A stretch of 61,302 bases of DNA, filler included, from Sphacelaria rigidula (Eukaryota): assembly GCA_964200075.2 (NCBI GenBank). It is 7 parts of 7 records of this genome, joined end to end, with 100 filler letters (N's around TTAATTAATTAA, not from the genome) between each part and the next. Parts side by side here need not be neighbours in the genome. Positions count along the whole stretch, not along the records: positions 35,090 to 43,760 come from CAXNAA020010431.1; positions 43,861 to 52,531 come from CAXNAA020010432.1; 5 more parts are not named here. The stretch is one strand, 5' to 3'. Under the pieces are notes generated by a model. It searched no databases, was not told the origin of the DNA, and was given only the letters and a program-made list of their open reading frames with translations. Made by a program: the position numbers and the translations under genes. Positions 37,084 to 50,732 of the stretch are shown here, in pieces. The first letter of the stretch is position 1. Each line of letters begins with the position of its first letter.

Positions 37084-40068
37084 TTGACAGATCTTGAACG
37101 ACAACTCGCAACAGCAACCATGGACAACAAACGCACTACCGCTGCTGCTACCCCTACGAGGGAACCCACCAACTCCGCTCCCACTACCGCCGCAGCCGCC
37201 ACTACCGTGGTCACTGCGCCTTCTGCCGCCGCCACTGCAGCCACGGCCCCAACTCCTGCTGCCGCCCAACCTGCAGTAGACACAGATGCGGATAGTGGCC
37301 ACACCACTGGCCCTGTCGGGGGCGTCTCCGTGCACTCGCCTCCTTCGGTGGAGGATCTTCCTCCGCTCGGCGACGAGCATTGCCCCACCGGACTTCTCTT
37401 GAGGTTATTTAGGGACCGCCCCCGCGCGGAGCAAGAAAATCTTATTCACGACTATGCGTACCGAGCCCCGGCGCTAGCCCGCAACATACTCGACCAGCAA
37501 CGCAGTGCTGACGAGGCTGCTGCCCGCCTCCTTTTGAAGGAGCATGCTGCCAAGCTAGAGGATTTTCAGCGACAGGCTTCAATCGCCCAAGCCACCAAGA
37601 CGGCGGCGCACAGAGCATTGCAGGAAGGGCAGACTGCAGCCTTGACGGTACAGAGAAGGGTTCGCGAGCTACAAGATCATGTTCGGCGCACTTCGCAAGC
37701 AGCAGATTCGTCGATGGCGCGGGTGACTCACCATCAAGCCTCCCCGCCGCCTTCTGCCGACCACTTGCTCGACGCTCGGCCTCCTCGACAGCCCACGCCC
37801 ACCAGGTCGGACTACGTGATACCACGTAAATCAGACAGGGCGTCATCTGTCGCGGCCGCCGCCGCCCCCACACGGCCTCGTGCACCTGGCCTGGCGGTCA
37901 CTGCCAGCCCCACCACAGGCCTGCAACTTGTACCACACGAACGAGTGTGGCTTTCTCGGTCTGCAGCCGACTATACCGGCCCCTTCCACCGAAAGAACCA
38001 CCTGCGCTGTTTCCGTCACGCTTGGAACACCATATCCCAACGCATGTTAGCCGTTGTTGGTGGCTACGTGGAACAGCGCGGCTTCTTCCCGGACGATGGC
38101 GTGTTGGCGATCACCTTGGGCCAACTGGTCCTTCAGGTGACAATCGGCGATAGTCTACATCTCCAGCCCTACGTTGACACTGTCACCCATCTTTTTGCGG
38201 CGCTACGCGCCGCTTCTAACTCTCATCCCGGAGCTCCCATCGACGGCGACGAAGATGAAGATGGGTGGACTCCCGCAACATCCACCTGCCGGGGACAGAA
38301 GAAAAATCACCGGCGCGACGACGATGATAACGATGGAGGGAATTCACGCCACCGCCATGGCGGTGGAGGATCCTCTTCGGGCGGTTCCGGACCAAACCGC
38401 CCGCCTCGCAAACCGAAAGGCAAGAACACCGGAGGTAACTCGTCCGGATCATCCGCATCGGCCTGGAACCGGTCCGGCGCAGATCTTCCCGCCTCGGGCT
38501 CGGAGACCCCCAGGCAAGTGGTTCCTAAGTTGGATGATGTTTCGGCCCGCATTTTATATTTGTCCGATACGGATACACCTGACCGTACTCTGTCTTCTGC
38601 TGCAGCCCGCTCTTTAGCAACCGCCGCGGCTGACAAAGAACGTCCGGAAGCTAGCAAAAAAGCAGCTTCCGATAGAGCTGAGTCTACCCGAGTAGCTGCA
38701 ATACAGAGACAGTATTTTCAGATGGATGTGAAAAAACTCTGGCACATCAAAACCATGCCTGCCACAGATAACGAAGATTCGGGTCAGTTTACCTCTGTCC
38801 TCATCACGTCCATCCGCCGCATTGTTTGTAACATCCTTCACTTGGCGGATGTGACTCGTACACAACGTTTCGAAGGCTCCGGCTGGGTAGAGGGCTAGCA
38901 GACTCCCTTGCACAAAGCAATACATCGATCGATCAGCCGCCGTTATCCCGACCTCGCTGCTTCTTTCACGCAGATTCTCGACGGCTTCCTCGCCGAGATG
39001 GACCCGGATCATGCCAAGGGGAAGACAGGCCCAGTATTACTCTCTGATTTGGAGAGGCGTTTGATCGGTTATTTTGATAAAAGTGACAAGGCTAGTGCTT
39101 TCCAGAGGCTGAGTTCCTTTGTTGTCGCCTCTGATGTTCCTTTCGCGGGCTATCTCCGCGAATTTAAGCTTTTGGTTTCGGGTACGACGGGTGTCGGACG
39201 TCAGAACGGACCGAGTGACCCAATGTGTCAGACTTACGTTCGTAGTAGCGTTGCTCAACAGTATCCGGCTCTGATGCCGTCGTTGTTTCCGGGTGTTTTG
39301 GCGCATCGCGAGGTGCCTTACGCCTCCGTTGATACTATGTGGTCTGCTTTTGTACACCTAGAGGGTAATCTAACGCCTGTCATACGTGGTAAACCTTCAA
39401 CGTGTGTGCGTTCACAACCTACGGTTGTGTCCTCCGCTCATACCCAAGGGGCTCGTGGCAGGAATTCGAGCTCGTCTCGCGCTCCATGGACCCCCGACTC
39501 AGTCGCCGGTTCAGTTACGCATGTTCAGAGTACCAGAGATGCATTTAGCGCGAGTTTTGACGGTTGGCCGTTTTCCGAGGAAACTTGGGATGATGTTTAT
39601 TTGACTTCAACAACGGCATTCATAACCGATGACCCCCATTTGTGGAACCCACTTATTTCGTCTTCCGCTTGCCGCAATGCCTTCAACAGTCATGCCAACA
39701 GTTTCATCAACTGTAGTGTTCAAGGCCACGGCATGCGCGACTGTCACAGTCCATGCATCAATGCCTTTGATCTCATGAGCCCTGAATTGCAGGACAATGA
39801 ACCTGCGTGGCGCCGATGGCAAAAATACATGCGCGACTATCGTCCACCGATTCGAAATTACCGCAACAATTCGAACCACCGTGGCAACGAAAACTCTAAT
39901 CGCGGTCGCCGACACAACAACAGTCACGGAAGCCCTCGCCAGAACGATCAAAATTCTCGCGACAACAAACGTCCCGCTGATAGACACCAGCGGACGGGAC
40001 CGACACAAAGCTCTAATCCCAACACCAGAAACCCTGGTACCTTCACTACGGATCGCCTAGATCCATGA
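37084..40068 (+). pseudogene. gag: Gypsy gag-like reading frame (ORFs 37084-38898 and 38908-40068, same frame, separated by one TAG)
   Basis: The two ORFs are in the same frame. They show a coiled-coil-like N-terminal part, a helical capsid-like region, and a degenerate CCHC knuckle followed by an N/R-rich tail. Confidence 0.65.
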
Positions 40069-41199
40069 CATGCCGACGCCGGCGTTCTTCGGGCTTCCAC
40101 GCCGTCGATAGCACGAGCGAAGACTTTTCAACACAGCCCGCGGAGTCCGTGTCAAAAATTGCTCACTCGACTCTCCCGGCACTATCCAGGAGCGTAACTG
40201 ACGGCCGTTCATATCGAACCCCGTCTCGAACCTCCACACAATTTTCAATACAGCCCGCAGAGCCCGCGACTAAGATTGTCCGCCCGGCTCTCCCGGCACT
40301 ATGCAGGAGTGCAGCTGACGGCCGTTCATATCGACCCCCGTCTCCACCCCTTTACACACCGCGTAACAGTTGTGTCACCCCGCGACTCAGACCTACACCC
40401 GGCACTGAACTTGGTCTTTCAGTACCGAGTATAAGTCTGAGGTGTGGGAAGACCAACCGCCAGTCCCTGAGGCAACGGCTTCCCTCAGCGACCACACGCA
40501 CAGGTAGCAGCAAGCCTTTTTCAGCTGACCCAAGTGTTGTTGATTTGAACCTGACCACGTCGGATCATGTAATTCCCAATCAGTTCGATCGGGCTCCTTC
40601 CCCGTGATTTTCAAGACGCACGGACCTACCTTCGGCCGGTTTTATAAACAACCGCCCCAACATACCTTCGGCGGCTATGCCCCAACAGCCAAACTTGCCT
40701 ACGGAAAGCAGCCCGCAAGTTTCGCCCCGTCATGCCCCGATGCTGACCCCATCCACGCAACTGGACGCAGTTGTGGTTTCATCCCCAAATGTTTTGGAAG
40801 TTCCCCGACCTTTGTCACGGCGAAAGAGAAAGCCCCGTAAGCATGCCCCCAAAGACGCGTGCGCATCATTACGTACACCTCTTTCGAGCGGATATCCTCG
40901 ATCTCAATCTCTCCAAAATGCGACGACGTTGAGCTCGATGGCTCTATCAAGTATCCCGGAAGAACACAAATCACATGATTCTGACGGCACTACCTCTTCA
41001 ATCGACGGCTCCAGCCCCGCACATTCTGGATTCCTCTTTGACGGTGATCCCTGTCAACGAAAGACGATCATTTACGAAATCGCAAATGACCGTGCCACAC
41101 CTGGAAATAATATACCGTCCACCCCCTTCTCTGGTGAGACATCTGACCCATCGCCGGATCATCCGCCGTGCGTTTTTGCTGTCAGCCCCGCTGATCCTG

Positions 41200-43760
41200 A
41201 CCAGTTTACCTTACCGGAACACGGTCCGGATCTTGTCGGCGGCAAAGTGTCTGTAGATCCGGCCACTTTCACTTCTCGCGTTGCGATCCACGCCGGTCCA
41301 AACGCCATCACGCCTACGAAATGCGTACCCTTGTTGGACAGCGGCAGCCCGCAAACGTTTGTTCGAGAATCAACATGGAAACACATGAAAAAGACTGGCG
41401 CTGCTACTGCAGCTTGTGAAACCACCACCAAACCTCGCGTGTGGGGCGGTTTCGGTGATTCTGCCGCGCCACTGACGACACGAAAATCCATACGTCTCAG
41501 TGTGCAATTCTTTCTCAACACCACTCGATCTGCTAGCCTGGCAGTCTAGGCATACATTGTCCCCGACACAGCACAATGCACCACGCCATATTATTGGGCA
41601 GAGATAGCTATATGCGGTTTAATTAACGAACCTACCGCACGCTTCCACCACTAACGCCACATTCTACGCCTCAAGGAAAATTCAACCTCGAGCACTTCGG
41701 TACTCTCAACGGCGCCCTGGCTTATCAGAAGAATCCTCAAGCAACCGAAGCTGCTTACCACCTACGTTATAACGGTAGTGTGGGTATTATACTCTCCGAC
41801 GACCCCCACCTTCTTGAAGTTGCATTCGTTCGCCGAAATGGCATGCCAGCACTTACGGGCCATTATCTTGCCGAAATGTTACCCCGTATTGGCGCACCAG
41901 CCGACACAGAACATTTTGTGTCCGCGGGACAACAACTCCTCCCTCTTACGGGACATGCTAACTTGGAACCCGGCGATGTTTTAGGAATCGCCGCTGCTCC
42001 CCTGATGCACATCCCACTCGAGACGTGCATCACAGAGCCTGCCGCGCCAAACGCCACATCTCCGACGGAGTCAGTTCATTGTGTCGATGAACCCTATTTC
42101 AACCTCGCCTCCGCGACTCCACCCCAGGTCCACACCGTGGATCCTGCCCAGTCAAATTCCGATCCTCCTGCTGAAGTGCTTCAACGCTCATTACCAGATT
42201 CTCGGAATAGTTTCTTGCACGTGTGGAACCAACTGCCGCCACACATGCGCGACATCAATTTTGACCTTCATGGGCCCGGCTGGGAACAAGTAGTCATCCA
42301 AGAACTCAGTGATATCCTGCTACAGTACCAAGATCGATTTTCTCGGTCCAACACGGATCTTGGGCATTGCAAAACACTGCCCTTTGAGGTTACCCTCCAA
42401 CCCGGTGTTTCGCCGGTTTAATCTCGGCCATACCGTACCAACCCAATCCTCACCGAGAAAGTTAACGCCATCTTGGATGTGTATTTGGGAGCGGGACTAA
42501 TACAACATTCCTCCTCTCCTTGGGCCTCGCCCCTTGTGGTCATCCCCAAGAAGGATGGAAACATACGCATAACCGTAAATTATCAACGGTTGAACCGCGT
42601 CACTGTAGTCGGTAAACTTCCAATTCCCCGCATTGATGAAGTCTTCGACTCCTTAGGCGAAGAACAAATATTCAGCACCTTCGATCTCGCTTCTGGATTT
42701 TTTCAGAATGCTATACACCCTGACACAGTCCCACTGACGGCTTTTTGCACCTCGTTCGGACTCTATGAGTAGCTTCGAATGCCACAAGGCGCCGCCACTG
42801 CCCCGGAATGCTTTAAACGCTTAATGCAACGCGTCACCGAGGGCCTCGAGCACATCGTCATGTATTTGGATGACACTATCGCTTTCGATGCCTCACCTAC
42901 TGCACATATACGCACTTTACGACAATTTCTCTCTCGCCTACGCACGCACGATTTGAAACTGTCTCCATCCAAAGCTCGCCTTGGTGCGACTGACTTGGAT
43001 TTCTTGGAGCATTCCATGTCGCCAGCGGGCCTGCATCCGGATACAAACAAAGTCAAGGCCATGACTGATTTACCGATGCCAACTAACATTTCTCAACTTC
43101 GCTCATTGTTGGGCGGGCTATCCTACTACCGAAACTTTTTGCCGCATTTATCGAAACGGATTCGCCCCCTTACTGAGCTACTCCAGAAAGGAGCCGTGTT
43201 TTCTTTCACCACAGAAATGGAGAATATCACCCGCGAATTCCCCAAGACGCTTACCGAAAAGCTCGTACTTTGCTTTCCTGATTAGGAGGCAGTACAAAAT
43301 GGCTCCTGCCTTTTCCAACTCTATACTGACGCCAGCACAAACGAACTTAGCGGAGTTTTGAATCAACCTCAGGTTGATGGCTCTATCCGACCTATCCTTT
43401 ATATCAGCCGCGCTACCCTGCCCAACGAGGCCAATTGGAGCCCGCTGGAACTGGAAGTCGGAGTAATCACTTGGGCCATTGAGCGCCTTCGACAATATCT
43501 ATTTCACGTGCCCTTCGAGATCTATACGGATCACGGAGCACTGGAAAAACTCGCCAAGGTTGGTGAACACAACCCTCGTGTACAAGGATGGTTGGAGTTT
43601 CTAACAGCATACCAATATACCGTTGAGCACCGTCCAGGCAAAACCAATGGGAACGCGGATCTTCTTTCCCTCTTACCTCTGCCGCCTACGGCCGCAGATT
43701 CAAGCCCGGCTTGCCGTTTAACGGAACCCGATGAACCCGGAATTTACACGATTAGACCTT
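41200..43760 (+). pseudogene. pol: Gypsy pol (protease-RT-RNase H) with several premature stops; integrase lies beyond the contig end
   Basis: PR-RT-RH order with the motifs listed for the element. In-frame stops are at 41547-41549, 42419-42421, 42770-42772 and 43283-43285. Confidence 0.92.
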
Positions 43761-44764
43761 NNNNNNNNNNNNNNNNNNNNNNNNNNNNNNNNNNNNNNNN
43801 NNNNTTAATTAATTAANNNNNNNNNNNNNNNNNNNNNNNNNNNNNNNNNNNNNNNNNNNNTGAAGTTGGTAATTTTGAGTCGTGATGATTTGTCCTAACC
43901 GTGCTTTATATACACGTAAAAGTATATGATGGAAAAAAAAAACACTGCCTAGTGCTAAGACCAGTATTTGAAGCTAAGCTTCTCGAGTACGTACGTCCAT
44001 ATGTTACATATCTGTACACGACTGTAGGTCAGAGAGGCACACAAGAGGGAAAAGTACATGAACCCAATGTGGCAAATCCTGTCTACCTATGATGAGAGCC
44101 TTTCGAAATATGAACAGTGCTCTTACAAAAAACGCCGACGTGGTACGCTGACGTACGTATACAAATCAGCTGCAACGAGCACACGTGCCTGGAACTCGAG
44201 GGGGAACTTCTGTCTGATTTGGTATCCACATGGAGTACGCACGCGGGCGATATGAAGAACAGTCCTCGGATTGTTACTTTTGCGCCCGATAAGTAATTAA
44301 AATAATATTTCACAACCCCCCAGAGAGGCACAAGCAAATACATGTACACATGAGAATATATACGTACGAACCACAATAGCCCTGTAGGGTGCAACCTAGA
44401 CAGCATATCTGCACATAACGTATCACCAATGCAGTGATACGGTTCGCTTCGTAAAAAAGGAAAACAGAAACAATTGTTGTCCTCTGTCGCGACATCAATT
44501 CCAGACACAACAAAAGCAACCCTTCTCTCCCCCCCCTCCCCTCCTTTATACTCTCCCGCCGCTCCTCCTTCGAGCGTATGGATATTGTAAGTATCTGCCA
44601 TCATCATCAAGTCACCCAGACAACAAATTTTGTCCACCTCCCTGAGAACTCATACCACATCGCGATCATTAATTACTCAAATCGTTCTCGAAATTCCATG
44701 CGTTTTGGCAACCTGTCTCTGCATCGCTCTGCATCCACATCATCCGAAAATTAAAAATTACCGT

Positions 44765-44805
<41 letters not shown>

Positions 44806-45112
44806 ACCCCCCCCCCACCGCCCCCCCCGCACCACCCCCCCCCCCCCCCACCCACCCCTCCACACCCCCAACCNNNNNNNNNNTCCTTTTTGCAACCCGT
44901 TTCCCCCTCGCTCCTCCCCCCCCTCCCCCCAAAAATAAAAAATACCCTTCCCCCCCCCCCCCCCCCCCCCCCTCGAGGCAATCTCAACAACCCGCTAACG
45001 GTTCCGCGGAAGGGATCCCCTCAATTCTTCCTCCCATCCCCCCGAAACCACAAAATTTTCCCAGGTCAATTGCCTTTTCCCCGGCCGGCGCACTCCGTTG
45101 CAAAAGGCCTAC

Positions 45113-48100
45113 CTCTCCATGCGCGTAGTTGCAATTGTCCCCGTAGGCGCACGTCTTGGTGTTCATCCAATTCTTGCACAATATAGACTTGCGGGCATCA
45201 CCGACCGCATAATCCCCGCCACTCCCCCCGCCCCCCCGAGCCCCGCCACCACCCCCATAATTCGAGTTGTAACCGCCTCCGCCGCCTCCGCCGCCAGCTC
45301 TGCCGCCGCCCGCCCCTCCCGAAAGGCTTGTGGGGTTTACTAGCGAGAAGTCGGCAAATTCTGGACAATCTTCCCGCGCGAGCTTGACGTGCCTGGTGTG
45401 TTGAAAAATCGAAAAAGATCCGAACAAAACAGGGTGGTAGTTGGAAGATCACGGTAAGGTGAACGATGGCGTAGTTTACGGAGGAGACGAAGGGCTGGAG
45501 AACGACCATGAGTGGGGAATGAGAGACGGGGGATGGGAGGACATATGAAATATATATATATATATATATATATCAAGATTAAGACGTCGCTCGCCACGAC
45601 TGACAAGAGTAGAGTCAAGGCGTGTGCCTCATGGCAAGCCGGGGATCTTCAGGAGAGGCGAATTGAAATCTACCAGATACACTGTACACTATACTGAATA
45701 CACTGGATCGTGCTTGATAAGAGCACACGTCACATCAAGGAGGGGACGAGCAAATTTGCCCACGCATGAGTGTTCGGGACAACTCTGGCGTAACAATAGT
45801 GGTTGCTATGCTGTGTACTCAAGTCAGGCATGAACCTTCTTCATTACCGGGGAATGAGTGGTGAGTGGAACAAAATCTACTGAACAAGGGGTGAGAGGAA
45901 GCGGGGTAGAAGAATTTGCGTTTCGCGGAACCGGAATGAAGTAAGAGTGCGTAGCGTGTACAAGCTACATTGTCGATGGCTGGCTCTGGTTTTCGAAAAT
46001 GAAAACTAAGGCGAACAAAGCAGGAGAATCGAACTCACCACAACAACCACTGCTACATAGAGAAGAGAGAAGAAAAACGCTACGATCTAGTGACTGAAGG
46101 GATGTGTAAAATCAATTTTCTGGTAGAAAGGGAGAGGGGTACACGGGATGACTATGCACATTCAAAATAGCACCACACCAATGAAGGATCACCTAAACCG
46201 GACATTTGTCACACTCCAAAAGCACACTGCTGAAGCACAAGTGAAACATTGACCATACGGCGCAGCGGGAGATTAAAACAAACACTGAACTCACCGAAAT
46301 CGACATTTCGGGCCCGCTCGACAAAACCCCTGTTGGTACATGGCGCACTCCGGGGCCTCCTGCTCCTCCTCGTGCCGGAATGCGCAGCCTTCCACTTGGC
46401 AGTCAGTTCGCCACCTGCGGAAACAAAAAAATAAACAGCACCAGGTTGAGCGTTAGAGCAAGGACTTGGGTCGTGCAGCATTGCAAAGCGAACTCGAGCA
46501 CATGCGCAGTTCTACATACAATACATCGACCGATTGTGTGATGGAAAATCCATCACAACTACTTACGGTCATGGGCAAAAACACAAGCAGGGGGAAACAA
46601 GGCAACTTTACAAGAACAAAAACACGATCAACGACGACAGTGACAAACAAAAAGTCCGATCCAACACGATAGTCAGACCTTGAAGCACAACTCTCTGCTG
46701 GATTTATACGATTCGAACCCAGCTACGGGAAAACGATAGAACTGTTCTTTTTTTCCAACAGTAACGTAATCGTACCCTCGTTTTTATTTTCTTGTCTTGA
46801 AAACCTATTGAAGGGCAAAGCTACATATGCCTGGCATGGGTAGGTATTGACAGCGCCGTTAGGTTAAAGTCATATTTGTCCATTGTCAGCACGCGCGATA
46901 CACCCATCGTTTCCTTTGCCGCTGCAGTTCTTACCTTGAGAAGTTGGCGCGTTTTGCTTGGTATGTTTTTCAACGGCACGCATCAATTTCCGTGTCTATT
47001 TTGCGTCGTGTGCGGTATTGTTTACTAGATTACAGCGCACTCCACCCACACTCTGTACCAACAGCCCACATCTCATACTACACACACAACGCATAGCACT
47101 TCTTTGCTACAGTATCGTAGGTTAAAATCGATACGGGCCCCTGATTGTATGAGTTTCTGGGGCTCAAAAAGTCACTATACGTGGGAATATAACCTACCCC
47201 GGTGCGGTGGCGATCCCAGTATAGTGCGGTGGGTCGTCAGCCCAGGGATGGCCGCTCTATGCTGGGACCCTTCTCTATTTATATGACACAATCACGTGAT
47301 ACTAGGACAACGATCGAACTTGTGACAAAGTGATATTGACCGGACTGTGATGGGACCTTTCTTCACTGCACCTATAAGCACTAAAGGTTGCAGTGTGGTG
47401 CAAGAAATAGTCGCAAACCAATCGCTCGGGGATATTATTCAGTGACAAGCCGGTAGGGGTGTACTCGTGATCATGTATCCCATGGTCGTAACACCGTTGA
47501 CCTCGCATCCCTACAAAGCCGGGACGGAGCACGCCGGATATTCACCGGGTCAGGATGGCACTCAGTTACCAAGCGCGAAGCGCCGGGGTGTGTTCGGTGA
47601 GTCGCATGAAGGGTGAGCTGCATCCCACCAAAATTGTTCGGCCCGAATCGTACCGAGTACGTTGCATATGGAAGGCAACAATGAGCTACTTCGTTTTCTA
47701 GTATCGTCACTTCCAGAGCGAGCCAGGCCTTATACTACCTTACGGGTGTCTCATCATTGGCACACGTAGTGCGACCATCCCCATTGCGTGGATGTCAGGT
47801 TCTCCTCCCTGCTCAATATCATCTAACTCGACCGCCATCATGGTTACCGCACAAAAATAAACGCAAGCGGAAAAAAAAAACATAAGCGAGAACAAAAACG
47901 GAAACCTGGTTGCCTAGCTTATGCAGTGAGTCGCGTGTTATAGACAACGTCGTTGCTAACTGACGCCAACCCTTAGAACTGGGCAGCGAGGGGTGTGTGT
48001 GTGTGTGTGAAGAACATACGGGTGCTACACCCTGAACCCATGTTCATGTCGCTGCGAGATCTAGATTCGGTGATTGAACGTGTGTGTGTGTGTGTGTTCT

Positions 48101-50732
48101 TTCGTTCTGGTTAATCGGGGGTCAAATTAAAACCTGAAAAATGAGCGGGAACTGTGTATATTTCTTGTCCCGGCATAAGAATCCATCCCTCCCAGCAGCC
48201 TCGTTAACTACGGAGATAATCACTACCCTCGTACATGCGTACATACGTGGATTCTGTCCGTGGGTATACGGGCACGAGAAACGAAAGCGGCACGAGCACA
48301 TGAGAATAAAACGGACGAACTTGTCCATTCTCACCTCTTGCGAACGAAACGCTTTTTGTTTTTTCAGGCAACAGACACCTACCTACAAAGTGGCATCCGT
48401 TTCCGGTCCATCTTGTGTAGAAACTCGCACGAATCCCCCTTCATACAAAGCCCGCGCAACCAGTGGCGACAAACCTGACCGAACAAACATGATGAGCGTG
48501 ATGGTTTGGAGAGTAGCAGACGCACATCGTACAAGATACAGAGTCAGAGTCATACTTAGGCGAGCGGGAAGATATGAGGATATGCATAGGGACGGAGGAA
48601 GCGAGCTAGAGATATGAGCGGCACCAACTACTGTACAGCAGAAGATGCCTTCGTAGGGCAAAAGCAACCATGTCAACATTTACACCGAGAGCAATAGAAA
48701 CACTTCCGTTGCCTGCTGCACCTCGGGCACTCCGCTCATGATGAGTATTCCGGAGTGAGCTTAGAAGTGGCATCGAGTAGTGCACCAGTTGCTTGATTGG
48801 TTACCGCACACCAACTGATCACTATCCACAAGAGGGACTCACCCGTGGTCATTATCCGAAAGATATACCCACTCAAAGTAAACAACACGGAAACACTCGT
48901 GAAAAAAAAGAAAAATGAAAGAAAAAAAAGGTAGAATAGACAAACGGAGTAGACTGAGGGACCTAACCGAAACAAACAACACAGAACAAACAAAAATCAA
49001 GCAGGAAAGGAAAGGAAAGGGAAAGGGAAAGGGAAAAGAACGGAGAAGAACTAGAAATATATAATAAGACAATAAAACACTAATTCCGATACTGGACAAG
49101 ACGAAATAGGCCCCATCTGCACATGGCCAACTTTCGCAGCTTTGTGCCGAGCACTCGTGATACGGGGATGCGAAGCATAAACGCACACTACTGGTTCTGC
49201 AATAAAACGCCACGGCATCTTCCCCCAGGCACCGACCATACCACTTTTGTCACAAAATACGCGACATCCAAGCATCAGGAACTTCGGCCGAGGCGGCCCT
49301 TGGGCCGTTTCTGTACAATATCTGACTCTTCAGTGTGATCCTCGTCGTACTTCTCATTGAATAAGAGGGGGTACAGCATACTGTGTTTATTCCGGGGCAT
49401 GCTAGTCGTCGCCACGGAAGGAACAATCAACAACTGGCGGTGCTGTGGCCGTTACGATAATGAGATATCGTACCTCGTATCTCCCAGGGCGAGCATCATC
49501 AGGGTCATAGTTCTGGCAACAGCTACTTTATTTTGCTCAATATCGGGTCGTGGCTCCCGTACCCAACACGTCGCCAACAGATTGAGCGGAGCTACCCACC
49601 AGTACGGTGGGCAAGAGAGAATGTCATGATACCATGTGCTGATATGGGATGGGTGTTCGGTGTTTGATTGGGGTGGATGGGTTGACATTGGCATGACTTC
49701 TGCGTTGTTGTTGTTTTTTTGCCACAGACAAAGCATGTCTTTTGGGGTCCAATACCTCACGTGTGAGTGTGCACACAAGTGTGGAAGCTAGGCCCAATGA
49801 GTCAGATCCTCAAATTAATGCGTAAAGCATATGTCGGAGCGTACGGGTACTCTACAAAATACTTGGCTGACCAGCCCCTTGGAGAGCCTTCACATAGCTT
49901 CGCAGTGATGATACGAACATGGCCGGGAAATCCAAAACGAGCTTCGAGCTCGTTGTGAGGCGGTGTACAAAAAATTGCTCTCATTAGTTGAACAGAAAAA
50001 CGTAGATACCAGAACTTGGTCCCCAGGTTTACATTGACGGTCGGTAAAGGGCAACTGCAACTAGAACACCAACTGACGTCGGTGGCTTATTTTTTTCATT
50101 TTATCCTGTCCGCTGATTTACCCTTCACAGGAATACGGCATAGTATGGGTACTATCCTGGGAGCAAGGGGGTGTTATACTCCGTATTGTGGTGCCGTACA
50201 CACGACGCGCCGCCGGGCGAGCCGCCGTTTCTTACTCGTACTGTATCTCCCACCGGTGCCATATATATTTGTATAAACGAATTCCAGTCGTCCTCTATCA
50301 AGGCTCGAGGTGGGTAAGGCTCAGCTGCGCTCGGCGGTGACTGTCCGAATGCTACGGTGCGAGAGGGCGGATGTCCAGGGGAGGGGTCATGTTTCGTGCT
50401 GCAGCAGCTGCAGGTGTACAGCCGAAAAGCGGCAACAAAGCAACAGCAACTGCGTATCAGCACCATGGCACACCGTTTCCCGATAGAAAGCTTCACACGG
50501 TTCAGACTACTGCACTTCACTTTGACTTGTCTCATGTCCAGCTGTTTCAACTAAACGCATTCTGCTGCCTACCTCCCTAGGGGTCAATAGTGCGCGGATT
50601 GCAGCAAGATGACGTTGTACTTGCCTGAGTCCTGAAACGAAAATCTCCTGCACTAGCATTCGCCGACGGAGGCAGTGCTGTCTCTACTGCCGCCTCGAAG
50701 TCGAACTTGAGTTCATCCCAAGCATCCGCCAT
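45113..50732 (-). CDS. CPSF30: CPSF30/CPSF4 (Yth1)-like CCCH zinc-finger protein; exons 50732-50625, 48474-48383, 46414-46295, 45392-45113, 3' end not resolved
   Basis: Spliced product: MADAWDELKFDFE...FRTQ/VCRHWLRGLCMKGDSCEFLHKMDRKRMPLCR/WRTDCQVEGCAFRHEEEQEAPECAMYQQGFCRAGPKCRFR/HVKL...Gly-rich...KSILCKNWMNTKTCAYGDNCNYAHGE. This is the plant-type CPSF30 three-finger signature plus a further CCCH finger. Confidence 0.9.
47457..47973 (+). repeat. Repeat family A, apparently full-length copy in a CPSF30 intron
   Basis: Starts GGGTGTACTCGTGATC and ends GACGCCAACCCT. Colinear with the other copies. Confidence 0.88.

Larger units (their letters stand above)
35090..43760 (+). mobile_element. Ty3/Gypsy LTR retrotransposon, decayed and truncated by both contig ends
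   Basis: The putative 5' LTR has AATAAA and ends at ...CCGGACA (35424), followed by TGG. Gag-like ORFs span 35643-40068 with a knuckle NCSVQGHGMRDC. Protease LLDSGS is at ~41330. RT motifs (SSSPWASPLVVIPKKDG, FDLASGFFQ, MPQG, YLDD) are at 42473-43285, and RNase H (YTDAS, SPLELE, YTDH, NGNADLLS) is at 43320-43690. Confidence 0.95.

Noticed and set aside
38896..38898. Programmed TAG readthrough in Gypsy gag, or RIP-like CpA mutation
   Set aside because: Similar single stops occur throughout pol. Nonsense changes arise from TGG/CAA/CAG codons by default, so ordinary decay explains them without copy alignments.
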